A stretch of 64,000 nucleotides of DNA, from positions 1 to 64,000 of the forward strand of contig JBHPIO010000003.1 of the NCBI GenBank assembly GCA_042568575.1. The letters run 5' to 3'. Below the pieces are notes generated by a model. The model made no database searches, had not been told where the DNA came from, and worked only from the letters and a program-made list of their open reading frames with translations. This DNA is from Patescibacteria group bacterium. Lineage in GTDB: Bacteria; Patescibacteriota; Gracilibacteria; UBA1369; PNNO01. The translations under genes were made by a program, and so were the position numbers. Shown in pieces: positions 21,362 to 30,223 of this stretch (its first letter is position 1; the number at the start of each line of letters is the position of its first letter).

Positions 21362-22633
21362 TTAAGTGCGCTCAATCTTCTCTTTTACTCCCATATAAGG
21401 CCTTAGAGCCGCTGGAATCTCAACGCTTCCATCTTTTTGCTGATAATTCTCAAGGATTGCAACGAATATTCTTGCCATTGCCATTCCTGTTCCGTTTAAA
21501 GTATGAACGTATTCTTTTTTCCCATCAGCATTTTTAAATCGAATCTTACTTCGTCGTGCCTGATAAGTTGTTGTATTTGAACAGCTAGTAATCTCTCTGT
21601 ATTTTCCTTGAGTTGGAACCCATGCTTCAATATCGAGCTTCTTTGCTGCCGGATTTCCAAGATCTCCACCACACACGTTTACAAGTTGGTATGGCAGACC
21701 TAATCCTTGAACTAGTTCTTCCTCGATGCTCACAAGAAGTTCATGCTCTTCTTTCGATTTATCTGGATGCACAAACGAGAACATCTCGATTTTATCAAAC
21801 TGATGAACGCGAATAATTCCATGAGTATCTTTTCCGTAACTTCCTGCTTCTCGTCTAAAACAAGGTGAAAATGCAACATACCGAAGTGGCAAATCTTTCT
21901 CGTCAATAATCTCGTCATAGTGAAGCATGCATAAAGGAACTTCACCTGTTCCAATTAAATATAAGTCGTCTTCTTCTGGATTCACTGAATAAATTTCGTT
22001 TTTTTCAGCAGGGAAAAATCCTGTTCCAAGCATCGCATGTTCGCGAACAAGTATTGGTGGCAGAATTGGTCTGAATCCTTTTGGTGTGATTTTGCTTAAA
22101 GCGTATTGAATAAGCGCAAATTCAAGCAAAACAAGGTCGTTTTTTACATAGTAAAATCGAGCTCCAGAAGTAACGGCACCTTTCTCAAGATCAAGTAAAT
22201 CCAAATCTTTTCCAATGGCCACGTGATCTTTCGGTTCAAAATCGAATTTAGTAGGATCAAGATGTGTCTTTATAATCTGATTATCCTGATCGTCCATTCC
22301 TTCAGGAACATCTTCCAGAGGTGGATTTGGGACTTGCAAAGCAAGATCACTCAACACTTCATATATATCATCTAATTCTTGTTCTTTAATTTTCAAATCT
22401 TCTTTTAATTTTTTCATTTCTGTTAATAATTCTTCTTGTTCTGAAGCAGATCTTTCTTTAAATTTTTTAGAAACAGCATTTTGCTTGGTTCTAAGTTCGT
22501 CTACTTCTGCAATTAAAGCTCTACGTTCGTTAGCAGTTTGAACAAGTTTATCAATATCAACATCTACGCGTTTTTTTCTGCAACCTTCTTTAACAAGGTC
22601 GATATTCTCAACAATAAATTTAAGATCGAGCAT
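21362..22633 (-). CDS. serS: Serine--tRNA ligase
   Basis: CFRREAGSYGKDTHGIIRVHQFDKIE, HTLNGT. Confidence 0.98.
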   Translation of the reverse strand: MLDLKFIVENIDLVKEGCRKKRVDVDIDKLVQTANERRALIAEVDELRTKQNAVSKKFKERSASEQEELLTEMKKLKEDLKIKEQELDDIYEVLSDLALQVPNPPLEDVPEGMDDQDNQIIKTHLDPTKFDFEPKDHVAIGKDLDLLDLEKGAVTSGARFYYVKNDLVLLEFALIQYALSKITPKGFRPILPPILVREHAMLGTGFFPAEKNEIYSVNPEEDDLYLIGTGEVPLCMLHYDEIIDEKDLPLRYVAFSPCFRREAGSYGKDTHGIIRVHQFDKIEMFSFVHPDKSKEEHELLVSIEEELVQGLGLPYQLVNVCGGDLGNPAAKKLDIEAWVPTQGKYREITSCSNTTTYQARRSKIRFKNADGKKEYVHTLNGTGMAMARIFVAILENYQQKDGSVEIPAALRPYMGVKEKIERT

Positions 22634-22687
22634 TTTTGTAAGTTAAATAGTCTCTATCTTTATAGATGATGGAGGGGTGATTGTAAA

Positions 22688-23707
22688 CTATTCTTTTTTC
22701 TGCGTAACAACAATAAATTCGTACATTGTCACAAATAAAACTACTATTAAAGGTCCGTATATAATTCCGATAGATCCAAATGCGTTTATTCCTCCAACGA
22801 TTGCCAAAAATACAAGCACTGGATGAACAGCAATTTTTTCATCAACAAGTTTTGGCTTGATGATGCTTTGAATCGCGATGATTTCAATAACTACGTAATA
22901 TGCGAGTACAAATAGCGCAGTGTATCCCCCCGCAAGGAAATACACGATGATTGCGCCAAGTGCATACACAACAAAAGATCCTATTGTTGGAATGAGGGAG
23001 AGTAATGCTGCCAGGATAGCCCATATAAGTGCTCCTGGGATGTTGAAAAATGTAAATCCAATGAATGCTAAGATTCCCGAAAGACACGCTGAAATCACAT
23101 TTCCTACAAAAACTGTTTTTGAAACATGTTTGAATTTTTTGAATAATTTTTCGTTTTGGTTTGCGCTAAATGGAGCTATTCTCTTTAAGTTCTTCAGTAA
23201 TTTTTCTGAATCGATAAGGAAGAAGATGTACATAAACAGGAATACAAAAAACAGGAATATAAACTGAGCTACATTTGCTCCTATATTGGTCGTCATTCCA
23301 TATATAACGTTTCCTGCATTTTGAAGAATACTTTGAAGTCCATCTTTGATTTGGTCTATATCAAGCGTAAATCCAAATATGCTGAAATCCGAGAAGTTGT
23401 CGAAAAACTCCCAGAATGCTTCTTGATCAAATGTTTGAACAAACGCGAGTGCTTCTTTTGCAATTAATCCTATTAATAGTGCGAGTGGGGTGAATATGAA
23501 AATCAGTGTTATTAAAAGAACAAGAACCGCTGATATAACTTTTGGGATTTTAAGCTTTTGAGTAAAGAATTTCATTAACGGGTAAAAGCTGATTGTGAAA
23601 ATGAGCGCGAATACAATGCTCGACAAATATGGCCATACAATTAATCCAAAAAGGAATGCAAAAATGGCTAGAATAAGATATTTAATGCTTGTGTGTACTG
23701 TTGTCAT
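22688..23707 (-). CDS. AI-2E family transporter
   Basis: Multi-TM; LIPTIGS...IKPKLV...VHPVLVFLAIVGG...GIIYGP. Confidence 0.9.
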   Translation of the reverse strand: MTTVHTSIKYLILAIFAFLFGLIVWPYLSSIVFALIFTISFYPLMKFFTQKLKIPKVISAVLVLLITLIFIFTPLALLIGLIAKEALAFVQTFDQEAFWEFFDNFSDFSIFGFTLDIDQIKDGLQSILQNAGNVIYGMTTNIGANVAQFIFLFFVFLFMYIFFLIDSEKLLKNLKRIAPFSANQNEKLFKKFKHVSKTVFVGNVISACLSGILAFIGFTFFNIPGALIWAILAALLSLIPTIGSFVVYALGAIIVYFLAGGYTALFVLAYYVVIEIIAIQSIIKPKLVDEKIAVHPVLVFLAIVGGINAFGSIGIIYGPLIVVLFVTMYEFIVVTQKKE

Positions 23708-23717
23708 AATTTATATA

Positions 23718-24194
23718 TTAAGAAAAGACTGTTCCAATCCATCCTCCAACAAAATTCGTTACTGCAATAACAAGGACTCCAATTGCCATATGTTCTGCGA
23801 CCGCTTTCCATGGATTCCCTTTTTGCTGGCTTGCTATGTAATAACTAAAAACAGCAAGTGCAAAAAGTCCCCATGCGATACTTACAATAATGGCTGTATT
23901 AAGGTCAAATAAAAGCACAGGCACAAGGAATGTTAACGCGAAAAGTAGTTTGGCAAAAAAAGTTGCTGCCGTTGAAGTCCATACTTCCTTTGCAGTATGA
24001 ACATTCTCCGCTTCTTCAGAAATATGAATTCCAAGTGAATCTGAAAATGCATCTGCAATAGCGATTGTTAAAATTCCTCCAATCACAACTAATTTTGAAG
24101 AAGTTCCTGCGTTTAAACCAACAATAAGTCCGAGAGTTGTTATTATGGCTGAAGTAAGGCCAAAACTTATACCTACTTTTAGTGAATGGTCCAT
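23718..24194 (-). CDS. VIT1/CCC1-like membrane protein
   Basis: SFGLTSAIITTLGL...IADAFSDSLGIHISEE. Confidence 0.8.
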   Translation of the reverse strand: MDHSLKVGISFGLTSAIITTLGLIVGLNAGTSSKLVVIGGILTIAIADAFSDSLGIHISEEAENVHTAKEVWTSTAATFFAKLLFALTFLVPVLLFDLNTAIIVSIAWGLFALAVFSYYIASQQKGNPWKAVAEHMAIGVLVIAVTNFVGGWIGTVFS

Positions 24195-24269
24195 CCGAAG
24201 TTCTTTTAAAGGATTTCTAAAATCATTTTACAAGTTATTGATTCAGAATGACACAAATAAATTCAAAGG

Positions 24270-24923
24270 TTAAAGGTTCTGTAAAATATTATAGTCAACT
24301 TTAGATAGGTGATCTACAACCAAATCTGCTTTTGATAAATCTTGTGGAGTACGATGAGGGCTTGAAATTCCAATACACTTCATTTCAGCTGCTTTTGCTG
24401 CTGCTATGCCGTTCATTGCATCTTCAATTACAACGCACTGTTCAGGGGTCATGTTAATCTGTTTTGCTGCTTCCAGAAATACATCCGGAGCAGGCTTTCC
24501 TTTAGGAACCTCTTCGCCACTTACCAATTTTGTGAAATACTTCTCGAGTTCAAATTTCTTCACAACGACCTCTATATTTTTCATGCATGCAGATGAGGCG
24601 ACCACAAGAGTCATGCTGTTTTCATGCAGATTTTTGATAAGATCAACAACCCCAGGCATTGGATATTGATCATTATATTCTTCTAGATGGCTTAAATAGT
24701 TAGACTGCTCCATTTCTACCAGTTCTTTGACTGAATGAGGTGTATCGTGGTTGCTCTTAATGCCTTGCCACATGCCCTCGCTGGTAGTTCCAACATATGA
24801 TTGGTGTTCTTCGTCCGTTACATTCATGCCAAGCTTTTTAAAAAGCTCTTTTTCCTGCGCTTGCCTTACTGGTTCGCTATCAATAATTACCCCATCCATA
24901 TCAAATAATACTGCTTTGTACAT
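24270..24923 (-). CDS. HAD-family phosphatase (beta-PGM/CbbY-like)
   Basis: FDMDGVIIDSE, GKPAPDVF, IEDAMNG. Confidence 0.92.
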   Translation of the reverse strand: MYKAVLFDMDGVIIDSEPVRQAQEKELFKKLGMNVTDEEHQSYVGTTSEGMWQGIKSNHDTPHSVKELVEMEQSNYLSHLEEYNDQYPMPGVVDLIKNLHENSMTLVVASSACMKNIEVVVKKFELEKYFTKLVSGEEVPKGKPAPDVFLEAAKQINMTPEQCVVIEDAMNGIAAAKAAEMKCIGISSPHRTPQDLSKADLVVDHLSKVDYNILQNL

Positions 24924-24983
24924 ATCGTAAATTCGTTAAAAAATTGCCTACATACTTTAAGGGAATTTTTGGAAAATTGGAAG

Positions 24984-25340
24984 CTATACATTTGCAATAC
25001 TTTTTCCAATCCAAACCAGGAACATCCAGGCTCCAAATGAAAGAAGTCCAACTACAATAACAATACTCACAATTGCTGTTTTCAGGCTCTTGCCAAAGTA
25101 ACCTATAATTGTTCCAAAAATAGTCCATGAAGCGATAAGAACTACCGCATAACTATACACAGAAGAAGGAACTCCAAAGTAGTGCACAAGCGTAGCAGGG
25201 AACTCAAGAACATACACTCCGAGCGAGAATAAACCGAGATCGAGAATAACAGTGTGTCTTATCAAAAGAATCACACCAAACAGAGCGCCGGCTAAGGCAC
25301 CTATAAGCATACGTTTTTTTGCACTTTTAGAGAGGTTCAT
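24984..25340 (-). CDS. Small membrane protein
   Basis: Three to four hydrophobic segments; start overlaps the upstream stop. Confidence 0.65.
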   Translation of the reverse strand: MNLSKSAKKRMLIGALAGALFGVILLIRHTVILDLGLFSLGVYVLEFPATLVHYFGVPSSVYSYAVVLIASWTIFGTIIGYFGKSLKTAIVSIVIVVGLLSFGAWMFLVWIGKSIANV

Positions 25341-25870
25341 ATTTTCTTCCAGTTGTGTTTAACATACAATAAATAATCGATACTTGCAACAACTGAGACA
25401 ACAAATGTAGCATATAGCGAGTATTTTACGAAATCAATTTGTTCCATAATCATAAATGCCAGGCAGACAACCTGGAATAGGGTTGTGATTTTGCCTGAGA
25501 TTTGGGCTTTTAGAACCTTAGTGTTGAACTTAAGAATGATGGCAGTTAGCCCCATTAACGAAGTTGTGATATCTCTCAACATAAACATTACGAGGAAAGG
25601 AATCGCCAGTTCGAGTTTAATGAAATAAAAGACGAAAATTATAAAAACGAAAAGTCTGTCGAATACGGCATCCAAAATAGCGCCGAGTCTTGAGACTTGT
25701 TTCCATCTACGTGCAAGATAACCGTCTAGTATATCCAGAAATAGAGTAAAAAAAAGTAATCCAACCGCAAGAGTCTTGTTCGGGACAAGAATAATTATTA
25801 GAGCAAAAGGAAGCCTTAGAATGCTCAGGATATTTGGTATTGTGAAGATTTTTGTCTTTATCCTTGCCAA
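25337..25870 (-). CDS. CDP-alcohol phosphatidyltransferase (PgsA-like)
   Basis: TIPNILSILR and DILDGYLARR...GAILDAVFDR family signature. Confidence 0.9.
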   Translation of the reverse strand: MARIKTKIFTIPNILSILRLPFALIIILVPNKTLAVGLLFFTLFLDILDGYLARRWKQVSRLGAILDAVFDRLFVFIIFVFYFIKLELAIPFLVMFMLRDITTSLMGLTAIILKFNTKVLKAQISGKITTLFQVVCLAFMIMEQIDFVKYSLYATFVVSVVASIDYLLYVKHNWKKI

Positions 25871-26124
25871 CGTTTAAGTTTAGGAATGATACTGTTTGCC
25901 ATTGCTCTTGCTTCATCCTCTTGCATGCCCATTTGACTCACAGCCAATTGAACAATCTTTTCAATTTTATCTTCCATGGAAATTCCTGCATCAGTAAAAT
26001 CACCGTCTTGATAGCAGAATTTACAATATTCTTCATTTTTGCTTCCATCCTCATTTGTTCCATGATGCGCATCTTCTTTAAGTGGCATTCCACAGCTTTG
26101 GCACATAGGCCCCATATCTTCCAT
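25858..26124 (-). CDS. Zinc-ribbon domain protein
   Basis: CQSCGMP...GTNEDGSKNEEYCKFCYQDGDF...IPKLKRW. Confidence 0.88.
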   Translation of the reverse strand: MEDMGPMCQSCGMPLKEDAHHGTNEDGSKNEEYCKFCYQDGDFTDAGISMEDKIEKIVQLAVSQMGMQEDEARAMANSIIPKLKRWQG

Positions 26125-26247
26125 AATTTAAAAGTTTAATAATATTTATTGCTTAACGGATTATATCATAATTCTGCAAATATCAATTGCGCTCTTTACA
26201 AAAATAGTAAACAATGTATAGTGCGCTCTTATTCATCAATAAAATAT

Positions 26248-27369
26248 ATGGATAACCGAGTTCGTGAAGCCCTACGTAGTGGAAAAATTAATCTTCTTGG
26301 AAGAGTCTCTGATGAAGATCAGGAGACTATTGATCGTATTGGCGATGAAATTGAAGGAGTGTGGGCGGGGGTAGATGCAGTTTTAAAGGCACTATCTGAA
26401 GAAGAAGAGCCAGTTGGAATTGGTGAGCAATTTAGAGAAATTTATGAATCGGTGGCTAAGGCGTATGTGAGGTATAGAAAAGAAAATCCTGGAGAAAGGC
26501 TACGGTATGGGCCATCTCGATTTTTAGAAGAAATGATGAAGATGGGAAGATTGTTTGCAAAGCATGGGATTAGTGTTAATGCAGATGTACTTCGCAATAC
26601 AATGACTTACCATGGATACGCATATTGGAGAGATTTTTTCGAATCTGATGAGTGCAAACCTTTTAAAGATAGTCCTTGGGTAATTCGGCGTACAATATTA
26701 AGACACCCGCGTGATTGTAGAGAATTTCTTGCGACTGCGGCTCAAAATGCTCAAGCAACTTTAAATAAGAATGGAAACGTTAGGCCCGGGGAGGCAATGG
26801 CGGCAGAGATTAATCGTCCTCGCATAGGTTCAGATTTGTTTTTGGAAGGTGTTGATAGGGAAGTACAAGAATTGTCAGAAGACCCTCGAATAAATCCGTT
26901 GATAAGAGGTAAAAAATGGCTTTTAAGAAGGGCGGCACGAAAAAACACACAAGATCCAATAGGATATTTGATTGAAGTTTGGGAAAAGTTTGACGCAATA
27001 ATGCACAATAAAGAATTTGAAGAATTTTGGAGTTCGAAAAGTAACTTACTTAAAGTTGCTGCAGATTATGATGATCCTGAAGAATTTTTAAGAAATGCCA
27101 AAACTAAAATGGATGCAATATTGGAAGAAGAAGAGTTCTCGCAGTTCTTTGCTGAAAACCTTCTTTGGATTGTACGCAAGGCAGTATTGTTATCTCCAAG
27201 AAAGGCACGAAAGTTTTTAAGATCACTTCTTGCTGAGCAAATAACGATATTAGATGAAGTTGAGTTTGAGTATCTACAAGATGCTCCTGAAGAAGTCTTG
27301 TATGCTGCAGGATTGTATCCAAAGGATCCTAGGCCTTATTTAAGAAAAATGAATGCAGAGGCGGCATAA
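26248..27369 (+). CDS. Hypothetical protein with about 40-aa helical repeats
   Basis: Likely ATG at 26248 after TTTACA-N16-TATAGT; repeated EF..F....W..R.A...P..P..FL units. Confidence 0.75.
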   Translation: MDNRVREALRSGKINLLGRVSDEDQETIDRIGDEIEGVWAGVDAVLKALSEEEEPVGIGEQFREIYESVAKAYVRYRKENPGERLRYGPSRFLEEMMKMGRLFAKHGISVNADVLRNTMTYHGYAYWRDFFESDECKPFKDSPWVIRRTILRHPRDCREFLATAAQNAQATLNKNGNVRPGEAMAAEINRPRIGSDLFLEGVDREVQELSEDPRINPLIRGKKWLLRRAARKNTQDPIGYLIEVWEKFDAIMHNKEFEEFWSSKSNLLKVAADYDDPEEFLRNAKTKMDAILEEEEFSQFFAENLLWIVRKAVLLSPRKARKFLRSLLAEQITILDEVEFEYLQDAPEEVLYAAGLYPKDPRPYLRKMNAEAA

Positions 27370-27403
27370 CTAAAAAATCTCTTTCAAATTTATCTGATTT
27401 ACG

Positions 27404-27427
27404 ATATATTGATGTTGATCGATATGT
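27404..27427. promoter_or_regulatory. Putative ArsR/SmtB operator 1
   Basis: Imperfect inverted repeat ATATATTGAT-gttg-ATCGATATGT just upstream of the ArsR-family gene. Confidence 0.65.
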
Positions 27428-27438
27428 AATTTATTGTC

Positions 27439-27732
27439 ATGGTTGATTGTTGTCCCAAAAGTTGGCTAAAATTTTTTAAAGCTATATGTGACGAACATCG
27501 TCAAAAAATACTTGAGCTTTTGCATCATCATGAAAAACTGAACGCGAGCGAAATTGTTAAGAAGCTCAAACTTTCGCAGCCTACGGTCTCTCATCATTTA
27601 AAGATTCTTGTTGAATCAGATACGATAAAATCCGTAAAAAAAGGAAAGGAAGTCTTCTATACACTATCAAAGAATCACATATCTAAATGCTGCCATGGCT
27701 TTATGGAGCATTTTACGAAAAAGAAGAAATAA
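27439..27732 (+). CDS. ArsR/SmtB family transcriptional repressor
   Basis: FKAICDEHRQKILELL...LSQPTVSHHLKIL winged HTH; CC pairs at both ends. Confidence 0.92.
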   Translation: MVDCCPKSWLKFFKAICDEHRQKILELLHHHEKLNASEIVKKLKLSQPTVSHHLKILVESDTIKSVKKGKEVFYTLSKNHISKCCHGFMEHFTKKKK

Positions 27733-27736
27733 CGTA

Positions 27737-27766
27737 TTGACACATTTAAATCTATCGATGTATACT
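27737..27766 (+). promoter_or_regulatory. Promoter overlapped by putative ArsR operator 2
   Basis: TTGACA-N18-TATACT overlapping ACACATTTAA-atct-ATCGATGTAT. Confidence 0.6.
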
Positions 27767-27795
27767 AGGGGTGATTTATTCATAACCCCCTTATT

Positions 27796-27975
27796 ATGTT
27801 TTGTGGACACGGTCATGGGGACCACAAGGAGTTCTTTAAGGACATCAAACACGACATGGTGAACGAAGGAGACAAACTTGTTATCACTATTTCAGGCGAC
27901 AAGGACAAACTCGCTAAGATCGAAAAGAAGATTAAAGCGTTTCACACACTTTGTTGCGGAGACGACTGTTGCTAG
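27796..27975 (+). CDS. 59-aa His/Cys-rich putative metal-binding protein (not in the ORF track)
   Basis: My translation: MFCGHGHGDHKEFFKDIKHDMVNEGDKLVITISGDKDKLAKIEKKIKAFHTLCCGDDCC*. It has its own promoter and terminator. Confidence 0.8.
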   Translation: MFCGHGHGDHKEFFKDIKHDMVNEGDKLVITISGDKDKLAKIEKKIKAFHTLCCGDDCC

Positions 27976-27984
27976 TAGAATTGG

Positions 27985-28020
27985 GGAAGGCGAGGAGATA
28001 TTAATCCTCGCCTTTTCTTG
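27985..28020 (+). terminator. Intrinsic terminator
   Basis: AAGGCGAGGA-gatattaa-TCCTCGCCTT-TTCTT. Confidence 0.7.
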
Positions 28021-28717
28021 TTAGTTGTCCGTCGGTGTATTTCACCTCAATTTTCAAATCTCTACATATCTCACTATATCTACTAGCCATTGGTTTTCCT
28101 TCCATGTCCTCTTCGCAATAGATTGCATATTGCTCTTCAAGACCTGTGTCTGTAATATCAATCGATTTTAAATGTATTTCTGTTTCGCCTGCTTCAATAT
28201 CAAGATATTCTAAGTTATTCATTGCAGGTGGGTGTACAAATTTATATTCGCTATCATGATGAGCTATAAGATAATACGTTCCAATCGCAGGCATAGGACG
28301 CTCTAAAGAGTCTTGAACAAATAGCTCTTTATTGCCGTCATTATCAGCGTCAACGACTTTATAATCTCTTAAAAATCGAAGTACCTCCGAGTTTGAGTTT
28401 GGAAAAGCATCTTCTTTTACGACTTGCCACTTATTATCTTCAAGCGCAATTACAAGTAGATGTTCACTATCAACAGTTTGGTCCTGCCAAACTACATTTT
28501 CACTTTTGTAATAAAGTATTTTTTCATTAACACCATCTCCGTTGAAGTCTGCTTCATCAACAGAAACATCTTCTGCGTTGTGTGTAGTAAATGAAGCTGC
28601 ATCGAATTCAGCTGGTGTTGTTTCGGTGATTGGCTCTGCAATTGGTTCTGTTTGGGCGCATCCATTAAAATTGAGAATTACAAGAAGTCCCATCAGGGCG
28701 AGAATAAGATTTTTCAT
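28001..28717 (-). CDS. Putative lipoprotein with FG-GAP-like Ca-binding motifs
   Basis: Likely start MKNLILALMGLLVILNFNGC (lipobox-like Cys); ADFNGDGVNE and DADNDGNKE motifs. Confidence 0.75.
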   Translation of the reverse strand: MKNLILALMGLLVILNFNGCAQTEPIAEPITETTPAEFDAASFTTHNAEDVSVDEADFNGDGVNEKILYYKSENVVWQDQTVDSEHLLVIALEDNKWQVVKEDAFPNSNSEVLRFLRDYKVVDADNDGNKELFVQDSLERPMPAIGTYYLIAHHDSEYKFVHPPAMNNLEYLDIEAGETEIHLKSIDITDTGLEEQYAIYCEEDMEGKPMASRYSEICRDLKIEVKYTDGQLTRKGED

Positions 28718-28750
28718 GGTTGATTGGTTAAATATTGTTACCTCTATTAA

Positions 28751-28778
28751 CAATAACAAACTTAATTGAAAAAGTTGC
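28751..28778 (-). promoter_or_regulatory. Putative ECF-sigma promoter
   Basis: GCAAC-N16-GTTATTG on the minus strand; the same motif recurs at 29009-29036. Confidence 0.6.
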
Positions 28779-28784
28779 GGTTTT

Positions 28785-28820
28785 TGGAAAAGCGGGACCC
28801 CTCTCAGTCCCGCTCTTCCA
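28785..28820 (-). terminator. Hairpin terminator after the 41-aa ORF
   Basis: AGCGGGAC-N8-GTCCCGCT followed by TTT on the minus strand. Confidence 0.6.
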
Positions 28821-28850
28821 TATATCCTTAAACCCTTGTCGAATTTTTAG

Positions 28851-28976
28851 TTATTCCATACATGCAGCAATGTAATGTGTGTTTTGCACAGCGGCCTTTG
28901 CCAAAGCAATGTTGTAGCTGGTTAGGCTAATCATTATGAATGTTGATACTATTCCAAGAGCGAAAAATATTTTCAT
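28851..28976 (-). CDS. 41-aa hydrophobic or secreted peptide (not in the ORF track)
   Basis: MKIFFALGIVSTFIMISLTSYNIALAKAAVQNTHYIAACME*; flanked by a promoter motif and a hairpin. Confidence 0.55.
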   Translation of the reverse strand: MKIFFALGIVSTFIMISLTSYNIALAKAAVQNTHYIAACME

Positions 28977-29008
28977 GGTGGATGTGTTTATTAATATGCC
29001 TTCACTTT

Positions 29009-29036
29009 CAATAACACACCGTTTTAGAAAAGTTGC
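29009..29036 (-). promoter_or_regulatory. Putative ECF-sigma promoter
   Basis: GCAAC-N16-GTTATTG, same spacing as 28751-28778. Confidence 0.6.
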
Positions 29037-29041
29037 GGTTT

Positions 29042-29845
29042 TTATTTTTCCAGAAGAGGATTATACATCATAATCGCATGGTTCTCTGCGATAACCTCTT
29101 CTTTTTCTATTTTGTTTGTATGCTTGTTAATTGTCTTGCGGCAGATTTTGTTATTCCTTGTATATCCGCCCCAAGGTTCACTTTCAATCTTATGATCTTG
29201 TTCAAAAATTTCATATTTAACGTTAATTGGTTTGTCAGACAGCCATTTCCCAACCAAATGAGTTTCAGTGATTTCAAGATGAAGCTGGAATTTCTGGTGC
29301 GTATTATTCTTTATTTGAAGATCTATATTTGGATATCCGCAAGTTGCACCACTCCCAAAAGGCTGATTCCTTTTGACATCCGGGAAGACATCGTAGCTGT
29401 GACGCCAACGTTCAATAACAGATAGAGGAGTGTGAAGCGTCATCCAAAAAATAAGATTTGATAACTGGCAAATTCCTCCACCTATTCCGGATTTAACGGT
29501 TCCATCGTGTAGGATCATTCCTTTTAGATAGCCTTTGTGTTTGGTAGGTCTTCCTATAAGACGCCAGTAAGAAAATATTTGTTCTGGTTCAATAATAAGC
29601 CCGTTCATTTTCTTTATAGCGATTTTGAGATTTTGAATTTTGTTTTGTTGAAGCTGCATTTGGACATTCTTCAGCTTTCTAAGCAGGACGGTTTTGTGGG
29701 TGAAAATTTCATTTGGAAAGAGCGGCTTTCTTTTGTTTGTCGCAAACTTATTTCCAGACAAGTACCAGTAATAATATCTCTTGATTGTGTAGTAAATCTT
29801 TCCAGACAACAATCTCAGTTTCGATCTTTTCTTGGGTTTCTGCAT
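29042..29845 (-). CDS. VanW family protein
   Basis: FSYWRLIG...GIGGGICQLSNL...ERWRHS...DLQIKN. Confidence 0.9.
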   Translation of the reverse strand: MQKPKKRSKLRLLSGKIYYTIKRYYYWYLSGNKFATNKRKPLFPNEIFTHKTVLLRKLKNVQMQLQQNKIQNLKIAIKKMNGLIIEPEQIFSYWRLIGRPTKHKGYLKGMILHDGTVKSGIGGGICQLSNLIFWMTLHTPLSVIERWRHSYDVFPDVKRNQPFGSGATCGYPNIDLQIKNNTHQKFQLHLEITETHLVGKWLSDKPINVKYEIFEQDHKIESEPWGGYTRNNKICRKTINKHTNKIEKEEVIAENHAIMMYNPLLEK

Positions 29846-30062
29846 GTTTAAATTTTAGATTCCACCTGGGTGGAATCCCAGTTTCTAATATTTTTCCAAA
29901 AGAGTCAATTCCTGCTGCCTTTTCTGCTAAAGTGCTTTTTTGTCAAATTTTCTACATTGAAAACCTAAATAAAGTGGCATATGAATAACGAATTTGTTTA
30001 TTGTTGATGATTGCAAAAAGTGTTGGAATCATTATAAAAACCTAATAAGTTTGTTAAATTTT

Positions 30063-30090
30063 TTGACAGCAATAAGGTATAAAGTAGACT
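30063..30090 (+). promoter_or_regulatory. Sigma70-type promoter of the orphan lipoprotein
   Basis: TTGACA-N16-TAGACT. Confidence 0.65.
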
Positions 30091-30223
30091 TTTTTTGCGA
30101 AAGAAGAGTTTTCGTAAATGGCCTTAATTGAGCCAGCCCTTCATGATCCCCACAGCGATAGGGTCCTGATCTTTAACATTCTGTGTCTGGGGAGCACGGA
30201 GACAAGAGAAAGAGGAGCGAGAG

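Noticed and set aside
29042-29845. Vancomycin resistance cluster
   Set aside because: VanW is alone, with no vanH/A/B/X/R/S nearby; VanW-family proteins are widespread outside resistance loci.
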